Assembly: GCA_041497675.1 (NCBI GenBank)
Contig: JBGQGY010000004.1
Span: 1,938 to 65,937 of the forward strand
From: a bacterium
Lineage (GTDB): Bacteria > Sysuimicrobiota > Sysuimicrobiia > Sysuimicrobiales > Humicultoraceae
Reading direction: 5' to 3'
Length of the DNA stretch: 64,000 nucleotides
In this document: positions 38,153-48,750 of the stretch, piece after piece
Position numbering within the stretch: position 1 is the first letter of the stretch
How the letters are laid out: every line of letters begins with the position of its first letter
The notes under the pieces: model-generated
Databases searched by the model: none
The model's input: only the letters and a program-made list of their open reading frames with translations
Told to the model about the DNA's origin: nothing
Program-made: the position numbers and the translations under genes

Positions 38153-39728
38153 CGCGGCGTCCTCCACGATCATGCGACCCGACGGCGGCCACGCGCTCGG
38201 ATTCGCCGCCACCCGTCATCAGGCGGCCCACCTGATCGGCCGTCGTCTCCTGGGGCTTGAACTCGGCGACAATGCGCCCGTGGTAAAGGACGATCAGGCG
38301 GTTGCTGAGCGCGAACAGCTCGCCCAGGTCTTCAGAGATGAGCAGGACGCCGGCGCCGGCGTCTCGCGCGGTCACGAGTAGCTCGCGCGCGGCAATCGCA
38401 CTCTGCACATCGAGTCCCCGGGTCGGATAGGACGCGACGATGAGACGGGGATGACGGGCCATCTCCCGCACCAGGACGACGCGCTGGAGGTTGCCACCCG
38501 AGAGCGATCCCGCCCGTGCCGACAGCGCCGGCAGTGGCATCGACAGGCGCTCGACCGTGCGTTCCGCGTCGCGCCGCACGGCATCCCAGTTCATCGCCAG
38601 GCCGCCCCGTCGCGCGTACCCATGACTGTTGCTCAACGCGAGGTTTTCCTGGACGGTCAGGGACGGGACGACGGCCATCGACAGCGGATCTTCGGGGATG
38701 TACGCCACGCCGCCCGCCCGGATCGCAGATACGGACCACCGCGTGGCGTCCTCGCCGAACAGGAGTTTCGTGCCGTGCACGGCCCGCTCGAGTCCCAGAA
38801 TAAGATCACCCAGCTCCCGCTGCCCGTTGCCCGAGACTCCGGCGACGCCGACGATCTCGCCTGGGGCGATTCGCAGATCGATGCCCCGCAGGCTCGTGGC
38901 CCGGCCCTCGCCGCGGGTATCGACGCCGCGGAGCTCGAGCAGCGGTTCTGTAGAAGCCGCTCGGGCCCCGTCGGACCGGATGGTCACGTCGGCCGGCCCC
39001 GCCCCGAACATCAGCGATACCAGGCCGGACTCCGTCGCGTTGGCGCGCGCGAGCGTCCCGGCCACCCTGCCGTGGCGCATGACGGTAATGCGGTCGGCGC
39101 AGGCCAGCACCTCGTGCAGTTTGTGGGTGATGAAGACGATGGCATATCCGTGGCTGCAGAGATTGGCGAACACGTGAAAGAGGCCCTCGATCTCGTGCGG
39201 CGCCAGCACGCGCGTGGGCTCGTCGAGGATCAGCACGCGCGCATCGGCCAGAAGCAGCTTCAGCAGCTCAACCTTCTGCTGCTCGCCGATCGAGAGTTGC
39301 CCGACCGGCGCATGCGGATCGATCGACAACCCGTACGCGCTCGAGCGGTCTTCGATGCGCCGGACGATCGCCGCCCGGTCGAGCACGCGCGGCAGCGCCG
39401 GTTGGAAGAGTGCAATATTCTCGGCCACGGTCAGGGCCGGGATGAGCGTGAACGATTGGAACACCATGCCGATCCCGAGCGCGCGGGCGTCGTGCGGTGA
39501 GCGGATCTGCACGGGGGTGCCCCGCAGGCGGACCTCTCCGGCGTCCGCGCGGTAGAACCCGTAGAGGACTTTCATCAGGGTGCTCTTCCCCGCCCCATTT
39601 TCGCCGAGCAGGGCGTGGACCTCGCCGGCGTAGAGGTCGATGTCGACGTGATCGTTGGCCAGGACATCGGGGAAGGACTTGGTCACACCACGGGCGGAGA
39701 GAAGCGGCTCAGGCCTTGCGTGCGCCAT
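38136..39728 (-). CDS. ABC transporter ATP-binding protein with duplicated ATPase domains (sugar/nucleoside importer type)
   Basis: Two ATPase cassettes. Cassette 1: GENGAGKSTL, LSIGEQQKVEL, LILDEPT. Cassette 2: SGNGQREL, LSGGNLQRV, ASYPTRGLD. The ATG at 39728 has GGAAGGAG upstream, verified. Confidence 0.85.
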   Translation of the reverse strand: MAHARPEPLLSARGVTKSFPDVLANDHVDIDLYAGEVHALLGENGAGKSTLMKVLYGFYRADAGEVRLRGTPVQIRSPHDARALGIGMVFQSFTLIPALTVAENIALFQPALPRVLDRAAIVRRIEDRSSAYGLSIDPHAPVGQLSIGEQQKVELLKLLLADARVLILDEPTRVLAPHEIEGLFHVFANLCSHGYAIVFITHKLHEVLACADRITVMRHGRVAGTLARANATESGLVSLMFGAGPADVTIRSDGARAASTEPLLELRGVDTRGEGRATSLRGIDLRIAPGEIVGVAGVSGNGQRELGDLILGLERAVHGTKLLFGEDATRWSVSAIRAGGVAYIPEDPLSMAVVPSLTVQENLALSNSHGYARRGGLAMNWDAVRRDAERTVERLSMPLPALSARAGSLSGGNLQRVVLVREMARHPRLIVASYPTRGLDVQSAIAARELLVTARDAGAGVLLISEDLGELFALSNRLIVLYHGRIVAEFKPQETTADQVGRLMTGGGESERVAAVGSHDRGGRRDGAPR

Positions 39729-39798
39729 GGGCCCACTCCTTCCCTGAGGGGGGCCGGTCACACCTTCAGCGTACCGAATCCCGTGTACAGCGTATTGC

Positions 39799-40308
39799 TC
39801 AGAATCTCGGAAACGCCGGTGGGCGACCGATGGGCTTCTCGATCATCACGCCCTCGCCGCCCAACGCCTGGCGGTCCTGCCCCTCGATGAGCAGACGCAC
39901 CTGCTGTGCGGCGGGCAGTTGCGTCCCCGTATAGACGATCTGCCAGAGCCGCGCCAGCATGCTGGTCGATCCTCCACCGCTTGCCATGGCCGAGGTCAGA
40001 TCAACAAACACAATCCCGTCGCGCACCGACAGCGCGCGCAGACGCGTGCCGCCCGGGATTTCAGTAGTCAGGCCCTTGCCTCGCTCCTCGGCCGTGGGTC
40101 CCAACAACAGGGCCTCGACGGCGCCGCGAAGCAATGCGTCGGGGTGACGGCCCTCGATCCTGCGCTCGACCTCGACCAGCGTCTGCGCCCCATCAACCGG
40201 GCCGATGAAATACACCTTGAGGCGCCGCTCGACGGGTCTGATCTGCGTGACCCAGATTGCGGCGCCCGCGGCCGCCAACACGATGATCCAGATGAGCACG
40301 CGCCGCAC
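39799..40308 (-). CDS. GerMN-domain protein (spore-germination/Gmad2-like lipoprotein fold)
   Basis: An N-terminal TM (VLIWIIVLAAAGAAIWV) is followed by KVYFIGPVDGAQTLVEVERRI...IVFVDLT, the GerMN pattern. Confidence 0.65.
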   Translation of the reverse strand: MRRVLIWIIVLAAAGAAIWVTQIRPVERRLKVYFIGPVDGAQTLVEVERRIEGRHPDALLRGAVEALLLGPTAEERGKGLTTEIPGGTRLRALSVRDGIVFVDLTSAMASGGGSTSMLARLWQIVYTGTQLPAAQQVRLLIEGQDRQALGGEGVMIEKPIGRPPAFPRF

Positions 40309-40309
40309 G

Positions 40310-42647
<2,338 letters not shown>

Positions 42648-42656
42648 CGCGTCCTC

Positions 42657-43886
42657 CTACGATGCCGGTGCCAGCACCGCGGCTTCGAATGCACGCAGCG
42701 TCGGCTTGATGCGCACGGTCTCCGGGAGCCTGCCGGCAACCGCCTCCTGTGCCTTCAGCCCCATGCCGGTGACATAGGCGACCGTCGTGTGTTCCGGATC
42801 GATCGCCCCGCTGCGGACCAACTTGCGTAGCACGGCCACGGTCACCCCACCGGCCGGCTCGGTGAAGATACCCTCGGTGTGGGCCAGCAGCTCGATACCT
42901 TCCACGATCTCCTCATCCGTAACGGCTTCGATCCGTCCACCGGTCGAGCGGACGGCGGCAAGAGCGTACCGGCCGTCGGCCGGCGTGCCGATCGCCAGCG
43001 AGTGGGCGATCGTGTTCGCGCGCACCGGCCGCACGCGATCGGTGCCGTCTTTGAACGCGGCAGCAACGGGGTTGCACCCCTCGGCCTGCGCGCCGTGCAC
43101 GCGTGTCTTTGGCGCGGCGATCAAGCCGAGTTCGGCCAGTTCTCGAAACCCGGTATGGATCTTGACCAGCAGGTTGCCGGAGGCCACGGGGACGACGACC
43201 GCGTCGGGGGCGCGCCAGCCGAGTTGCTCGGCGACTTCGTACGCCAGCGTCTTGCCGCCCTCACTGTAGTACGGCCGCATGTTGACGTTGAGGAAGGCCC
43301 ACCGGTGCTCTTCACCGATCTGGGCGCACAGCCGGTTGACGTCGTCATAGTCGCCGTCGACCTCAACCACAGTCGCGCCGTAGACGGCCGCCGCGAGGAC
43401 CTTCGCCCGCTCGATGCCGGCGTGGACGAACACACAGGCCCGCATGCCGGCTCGTGCGGCGTGTGCCGCCACCGAATGGGCCAGGTTGCCGGTGGACGCG
43501 CACGCCAAGACATCGTAGCCGAAGCGCCGGGCCGCGGCGGTGCCGATCGACACCGAGCGATCCTTAAACGACCACGTCGGATTCACCGAGTCATTCTTGA
43601 CATAGAGATGACGCAGTCCCAGCGCCTCGCCAAGACGCCGCGCGGCGACCAGCGGCGTGAACCCGGGCGAAAGATCCACGACAGGATCGTACGGCACCGG
43701 GAGCAGATCGGCGTAGCGCCAGATCGACTTCGGGCCCGCCTCGATCCGCGCGCGCAGCGGCAGCCGCCGCAGCGCGTCAAAATCGTACGCCGTCTCCAAC
43801 GGCCCCAGACATGCCTCGCAGACATACACAGGACCACCAGGGACCTCGGTCCCGCACTCCCGGCAGCGCAGCCGATCAACGGCCAT
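42657..43886 (-). CDS. thrC: Threonine synthase (PLP fold-type II) with an N-terminal zinc ribbon
   Basis: Start MAVDRLRCRECG at 43886, verified. The zinc ribbon is CRECG...CEAC and the PLP lysine is in SFKDRS. thrB lies upstream. Confidence 0.85.
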   Translation of the reverse strand: MAVDRLRCRECGTEVPGGPVYVCEACLGPLETAYDFDALRRLPLRARIEAGPKSIWRYADLLPVPYDPVVDLSPGFTPLVAARRLGEALGLRHLYVKNDSVNPTWSFKDRSVSIGTAAARRFGYDVLACASTGNLAHSVAAHAARAGMRACVFVHAGIERAKVLAAAVYGATVVEVDGDYDDVNRLCAQIGEEHRWAFLNVNMRPYYSEGGKTLAYEVAEQLGWRAPDAVVVPVASGNLLVKIHTGFRELAELGLIAAPKTRVHGAQAEGCNPVAAAFKDGTDRVRPVRANTIAHSLAIGTPADGRYALAAVRSTGGRIEAVTDEEIVEGIELLAHTEGIFTEPAGGVTVAVLRKLVRSGAIDPEHTTVAYVTGMGLKAQEAVAGRLPETVRIKPTLRAFEAAVLAPAS

Positions 43887-43948
43887 GTTCGCGTTCCCTC
43901 CCCCTTCGACTGTTCCGAGCGCCAATCTGATCGGACACTGGTTGTCTC

Positions 43949-44863
43949 TTACACGTCGAGCGCACCTTGCGCTTCGATACCGGTCACGATCGCACGGCTG
44001 CCCACACCCGCGCGCTGGAATGCCTCGACCATCGCCTCCCCGACGTCCTGCGCGCTTGCGGGCGGCGCGAGCGCGGCGACCGTCGGACCGGATCCGCTGA
44101 GGACCGCGCCGTACGCCCCGGCGCCGGTGGCCGCGGCCGTGACCTTGTCGAACCCGGGGACCAGGTGCCGGCGATACGGTTGGTGCAGACGATCAGTCAG
44201 CGCGTGGCGCAGCAGCTCCGGCCGGCCCTGCGCCAGCGCAATGAGCAGCAACCCCGCATGACCCAGGTTGTAGACTGCATCTTCGAGACTGACCTGGCGA
44301 GGCAGGACCGCACGGGCCGCGGCCGTCTCGACCTGCAGGGCCGGCGTCACCAGCACGACGGCCAGCGGAAATCCCGGCAGGATGCGCGCCCACCGCATGA
44401 CCGCGTCGTCACGCGTGACGACGACCACCCCGCCCAGCAGGGCGGCGGCCACGTTGTCGGGATGTCCTTCGAGTTCGGTCGCGATGCGCAGCAGCTCGTC
44501 GGCCCCAAGGGAATCGCCGAGCAGGCGGCTGGCCGCGACCGCGCCACCCACAATGGCCGCCGCGCTGCTGCCGAGCCCACTGCGCAACGGGATCGGCGAG
44601 TGCGCTTGGAGCGCAAACGACCCCGCGTAGCCCACTCGTTGTGCCACGGCGGCCGCGCTCCGGTAGATGAGATTGGAGGAATCTTGGGGAACGTCGACAC
44701 CGGTGACCGCCACCTGGGGAGAGCGCGCCGGTGCCAGCGTGATTTCGGCGTGCACGCCAACCGCCGCCGCCAAGACGTCGAAGCCCGCACCGAGGTTGGC
44801 GACGGTTGCGGGGACACGTATGGTGACGCGCTCGAGCGCGACGGTCACGCTGGCCTCCACCAT
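43949..44863 (-). CDS. thrB: Homoserine kinase
   Basis: The GHMP kinase motif PIPLRSGLGSSAA and the ThrB N-terminal VPATVANLGAGFD are present. Confidence 0.85.
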   Translation of the reverse strand: MVEASVTVALERVTIRVPATVANLGAGFDVLAAAVGVHAEITLAPARSPQVAVTGVDVPQDSSNLIYRSAAAVAQRVGYAGSFALQAHSPIPLRSGLGSSAAAIVGGAVAASRLLGDSLGADELLRIATELEGHPDNVAAALLGGVVVVTRDDAVMRWARILPGFPLAVVLVTPALQVETAAARAVLPRQVSLEDAVYNLGHAGLLLIALAQGRPELLRHALTDRLHQPYRRHLVPGFDKVTAAATGAGAYGAVLSGSGPTVAALAPPASAQDVGEAMVEAFQRAGVGSRAIVTGIEAQGALDV

Positions 44864-44870
44864 GATGCAA

Positions 44871-44903
44871 AAATCCCCTCCACTTCCTGCATTGGAGGGG
44901 ATT
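44871..44903 (-). promoter_or_regulatory. Perfect 11-bp inverted repeat with a U-run in the thrB 5' leader (attenuator or SD-sequestering hairpin)
   Basis: The minus-strand RNA reads AAUCCCCUCCA-AUGCAGGAAG-UGGAGGGGAUU-UUUGCAUC-AUG(thrB). The 3' arm contains the only Shine-Dalgarno-like GGAGG. The stem is followed by U5 directly before the start codon. Confidence 0.35.
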
Positions 44904-45008
44904 CCATCCTCTCATCCGCCGGAACTGGACCCGCGGGGGTTGGCACCTTGCCATTCGGCAGGCTGCCGGGGGTCATCGGGTCCGTCCCTCACCCACTCTT
45001 GATAAGAG

Positions 45009-45038
45009 TTGCTATTCAATTGAAAGTCACACTAGCAT
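45009..45038 (+). promoter_or_regulatory. Candidate sigma-70-like promoter for lgt inside an AT-rich island
   Basis: TTGCTA (45009-45014), an 18-nt spacer, then TAGCAT (45033-45038), 54 nt upstream of the lgt ATG. The surrounding 40 bp is the only markedly AT-rich stretch in this ~70% GC window. Confidence 0.25.
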
Positions 45039-45091
45039 ACGCATCCGGACGCGTCAAGGCGGGCGGGGAACGTCACCCAAGTCCTGGTAAG

Positions 45092-45850
45092 ATGTTCACT
45101 GTGAACCCCGTCATCATCCAGTTTGGTCCGCTGGCCATCCGATGGTACGGGGTCATGCTCGCCACCACGATTGCGCTCGGCATCTACGTTGGTGGTCGCT
45201 ACGCCCCGCGGTTCGGCATCCCCGCGACCGTCTATGATGCCGTCGCGGTGCCGTTTACGATTGCCGCGCTGGTCGGCGCGCGCATCGGGTTTGTGATCTC
45301 ACACTACTCCTTGTTCGACAGCCCGCTCGAGTTCGTTCGTATCGACCGCGGCGGGTTGGCGTCGCACGGCGCCATTGCGGCCGGCCTGCTATATCTGATC
45401 TGGGCGTCTCGCCGGCACGGCGTGTCGATGTGGTCCCTGGCCGATGCCATCGGGTGGGCGATCCCGATTGGCAACATCTTTGTTAGGATCGGCAACTTCA
45501 TCAACGGCGAACTCTACGGCAACCCGACGACGCTCCCCTGGGGGGTCCGGTTCCCGGGTGCGGGCGATGCGCCGCGCCACCCGCTGCAGGTCTACGAAAT
45601 GATCCTGGCCGGCGTCATCATCCTCGTCACCCGCCGGGTCGCCGCCCGCCGCCGTGTTGAGGGACAGGTGTTTTGGACGATCATGGTGCTGACCTCGATC
45701 GGACGTGTGATCTTCGACGCGCTGCGCAGCGACATGCGGGCGTTCGGGGTCTTCACGCTGGGACAGATTCCGGCGGTGCTGTTGATCGTCTGGGGGACGG
45801 TCGTGTTGGTCAGCGGAGGAACGCGCCTACCCGATGCGCAATCGCGTTGA
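45092..45850 (+). CDS. lgt: Prolipoprotein diacylglyceryl transferase
   Basis: C-terminal part of ORF 43967..45850 from the in-frame ATG at 45092. It carries FGPLAIRWYG, HGAIAAGLLY, the signature GNFINGELYG and the TM topology of Lgt. Confidence 0.85.
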   Translation: MFTVNPVIIQFGPLAIRWYGVMLATTIALGIYVGGRYAPRFGIPATVYDAVAVPFTIAALVGARIGFVISHYSLFDSPLEFVRIDRGGLASHGAIAAGLLYLIWASRRHGVSMWSLADAIGWAIPIGNIFVRIGNFINGELYGNPTTLPWGVRFPGAGDAPRHPLQVYEMILAGVIILVTRRVAARRRVEGQVFWTIMVLTSIGRVIFDALRSDMRAFGVFTLGQIPAVLLIVWGTVVLVSGGTRLPDAQSR

Positions 45851-47255
45851 CGGTCGACGGCGCGATCCCCATCTGCACCACCGCGGCGGCGGCAAGGACG
45901 AGCACGACGTTCACCAGGGGGCTGCGGTTGATGCGCACGTCCGCGGATAACTCGCCCGTAAACATCACATAGGCCACCCGCAGGTAGTAATACACGGAGA
46001 CCACACTCGACAGCACACCGATCAGCACGAGCAGCAGCCCGACCCGCCCGCCGCCTTCGACGGCCGCCTCGAACACACCCAGTTTCGCAAAGAATCCCGC
46101 AAGCGGAGGCAGACCGGCCAGCGAAATCATGAAGAGCGCGGTCGCCACTGCCAGGAGCGGCGCTCGGTGGTACAAGCCGGCATAGTCGTCGATGCGGTCG
46201 GCTTCTTGGCCGTTACGCTCCACCGCAATGGCGACGGCGAAGGCGCCGGTGGTCATGGCCGCGTAGACAACCAGGTAGTTCAGCACCGCCGAGATCGCCG
46301 CCGGCGTGCCCACCGCCACGCCGATCAACAAGTATCCAGCGTGCGCGATGCTCGAGTAGGCCAGCAGGCGCTTGTAACTCGTCTGCCCGAGGGCGGCCAG
46401 GTTGGCGAGGATCATTGTCACCGCGGCGAGGGCGCCGAGCACCACCGTCCACTGCGCCGCCAGCGCCCCCAACGACAGCGGGAACACGCGCAGGAGCGCC
46501 AGAAAGGCGCCGATCTTGGCGATCACCGCCATGAACGTGGCCGCGGGCAGCGGGGCGCCCTCGTAGACGTCGGGCGCCCAGGTGTGGAACGGGACGAGCG
46601 CGGCCTTGAAGCCCAGCCCGATCGTCAGCAGCCCCACACCGGCAGCGGCGCTCGTACTCGACGGCATGCGTTCGAGCGCCTGGCCGAGATCCGCGAGCCG
46701 AGTGGTCCCGGTCGCGCCGTAGAGCAACGCGACACCATAGAGGAAGAACGCGCTGGCAAACGCGCCGAGCAGGAAGTATTTCATGCCGGCTTCCTGTGAG
46801 CGGACGTTGGCACGGCTCGTCGCCGCCAGCACGTAGAGGGGGATCGAGAGCGTCTCCAGCGAGAGAAACAGCATCAGCAGGTCTCGGCTGGCGCCCATCA
46901 GCATCGCGCCGCCACCCGCGGTCAACACCAGTACGTAGTATTCCCCTCGTTCCAGACGCGTCCGGCGGAGGTATTCGGGCGCAACCAGGATCCCGAGTCC
47001 GACCACGGCCAACGCCAGGAGCTGGCCCGAGCGCGTGAGCGCGTCGCGCACGTACATGCCCGAGAAGCCAATGCCGTCGGGCACGCCCGCGGCCGACCAG
47101 CCGGCCCATGCCACACCCGCCAGGCCGACGCCGACAAGCCAACCCCGGCGGTTGGGCGGCAGCCACAGATCGATCATGAGGATGAGGAGCGCGGTCCCAA
47201 ACACCATGAGCTCTGGCGCGACCAGCGCCAGGTCGGCGACGAGGGTGGCGCTCAC
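45810..47255 (-). CDS. nuoN: NADH-quinone oxidoreductase subunit N
   Basis: C-terminal 481 codons of ORF 45810..48665. The GTG start overlaps the nuoM TGA (GTGA, verified). It is a typical antiporter-like subunit (LAYSSIAHAGY, FHTWAPDVYEGAP). Confidence 0.85.
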   Translation of the reverse strand: MSATLVADLALVAPELMVFGTALLILMIDLWLPPNRRGWLVGVGLAGVAWAGWSAAGVPDGIGFSGMYVRDALTRSGQLLALAVVGLGILVAPEYLRRTRLERGEYYVLVLTAGGGAMLMGASRDLLMLFLSLETLSIPLYVLAATSRANVRSQEAGMKYFLLGAFASAFFLYGVALLYGATGTTRLADLGQALERMPSSTSAAAGVGLLTIGLGFKAALVPFHTWAPDVYEGAPLPAATFMAVIAKIGAFLALLRVFPLSLGALAAQWTVVLGALAAVTMILANLAALGQTSYKRLLAYSSIAHAGYLLIGVAVGTPAAISAVLNYLVVYAAMTTGAFAVAIAVERNGQEADRIDDYAGLYHRAPLLAVATALFMISLAGLPPLAGFFAKLGVFEAAVEGGGRVGLLLVLIGVLSSVVSVYYYLRVAYVMFTGELSADVRINRSPLVNVVLVLAAAAVVQMGIAPSTVNAIAHRVGAFLR

Positions 47256-48748
47256 CGGCGGCTCACCGGGGCCGCCACCGCCTGCTCGATGCGCGTCAGC
47301 GCCGCCTTCACCGTAGCCTCGGATTTGTCCAGAAGCGCCCGCGGGTACAACCCGACGGCGAAGATCATCGCGATCAGCGGGACGAAGACCAGCATCTCGC
47401 GCGGTGTCAGGTCGACGAGGCGCTCCGGATGTTTGGCCGTCACCGGCCCGTGCATCACCTGCTGGTACGCCCACAGCAGGTAGACCACCGACAGGACGAC
47501 GCCGCCGACCGCGAGAGCGGCCCACCAGGACGACGTACGAAACGCGCCCAACAGGATCAAGAACTCGCCGACGAATCCATTGGTGCCAGGCAGGGCCGCG
47601 GACGAGACCGCCACAATGGTGAACACGGCCGCGAACCGCGGCATCAACGCGGCCACGCCCCCGTAGTCGGCGATCGCGCGCGAGTGGGTACGGTCGTAGA
47701 GTACACCGACGATGAGGAACAGCGCGCCGGTGCTCACGCCGTGATTGATCATCTGGATCAGCGCGCCCTGCAGACCCTGCACGTTGAGCGCCGCGATCCC
47801 CAACATCACAAACCCCAGATGACTGACGCTGCTGAACGCCACCAAACGCTTGAGGTCGGTCTGGACCCACGAGACGGCCGCCCCGTAGAGGATCCCGATG
47901 ATGGCCAACGTGGCGATCAAGGGCGCGGAAGCGGCCAGCGCCTGCGGGAAGAGTGACGGCCCAAAGCGGACGAACCCGTAGGTGCCCATCTTCAGCAAGA
48001 CCGCGGCCAGAATCACGCTGCCGGCGGTCGGGGCTTCGGTGTGCGCGTCGGGCAGCCACGTGTGCAGCGGCCACATCGGCACCTTGACCGCAAAAGCCAG
48101 GGCGAAGGCGGCGAACAGCGGCCCCTGCAGACCGGCCGGGAGCCCCATCTCGGCCAACCGCTGCAGGTCGAAGGTGCGCTCGCCGAGCCGGCCGATGCCG
48201 ATCACGTGGAGGGCGATAATGGCCACCAGCATCAGCACGCTGGCCGCCATTGTATATAGGAAGAACTTGATGGCCGCATACCGTCTGTTGGCGCTCCCCC
48301 AGATGCCGATGAGAAAGGCCATGGGGATCAACACGGCTTCCCAAAAGACGTAGAACAGGATCAGGTCGAGGCTGAGGAACGTCCCCAGGACCGCGGTTTC
48401 CAGACCGAGCATGGCCAGGGTGAACGCTTTCACCCGCTCGGTGATCGACCCCCAGGAGCCCAGCAGCGCGATCGGAAAGATGACGGCGGTCAGACCTACG
48501 AGGAGCAGCGAGATGCCGTCGACGCCGACATGATACCCAATCCCCAACGACGGCACCCAGGGCGTCTGTTCGGAAAACTGCATGCCCCCGGACGAGCCGT
48601 CGAACAACTGGAAGAGGCGGGCGGCCAGCAACAGTGCCCCCAGCGTGACCGACAACCCGAGCCAACGGATCATGTGTTCGCGGTCGCGTGGGACGAACCC
48701 GATCAGGACGGCACCGGCCAGCGGCAGGAAGATCAGCGTCGAAAGCAT
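47252..48748 (-). CDS. nuoM: NADH-quinone oxidoreductase subunit M
   Basis: Starts MLSTLIFLPLAG. WLPDAHTEAPTAGSVILAAVLLKMGTYGF is the NuoM signature. A +/-1 nt uncertainty in my manual indexing near 48748 is noted. Confidence 0.9.
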   Translation of the reverse strand: MLSTLIFLPLAGAVLIGFVPRDREHMIRWLGLSVTLGALLLAARLFQLFDGSSGGMQFSEQTPWVPSLGIGYHVGVDGISLLLVGLTAVIFPIALLGSWGSITERVKAFTLAMLGLETAVLGTFLSLDLILFYVFWEAVLIPMAFLIGIWGSANRRYAAIKFFLYTMAASVLMLVAIIALHVIGIGRLGERTFDLQRLAEMGLPAGLQGPLFAAFALAFAVKVPMWPLHTWLPDAHTEAPTAGSVILAAVLLKMGTYGFVRFGPSLFPQALAASAPLIATLAIIGILYGAAVSWVQTDLKRLVAFSSVSHLGFVMLGIAALNVQGLQGALIQMINHGVSTGALFLIVGVLYDRTHSRAIADYGGVAALMPRFAAVFTIVAVSSAALPGTNGFVGEFLILLGAFRTSSWWAALAVGGVVLSVVYLLWAYQQVMHGPVTAKHPERLVDLTPREMLVFVPLIAMIFAVGLYPRALLDKSEATVKAALTRIEQAVAAPVSRR

Positions 48749-48750
48749 GA

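Noticed and set aside
43967-45091. N-terminal 375 codons of the 627-aa plus-strand ORF preceding lgt
   Set aside because: Antisense to thrB with R/G-rich composition. Lgt begins at the in-frame ATG at 45092.
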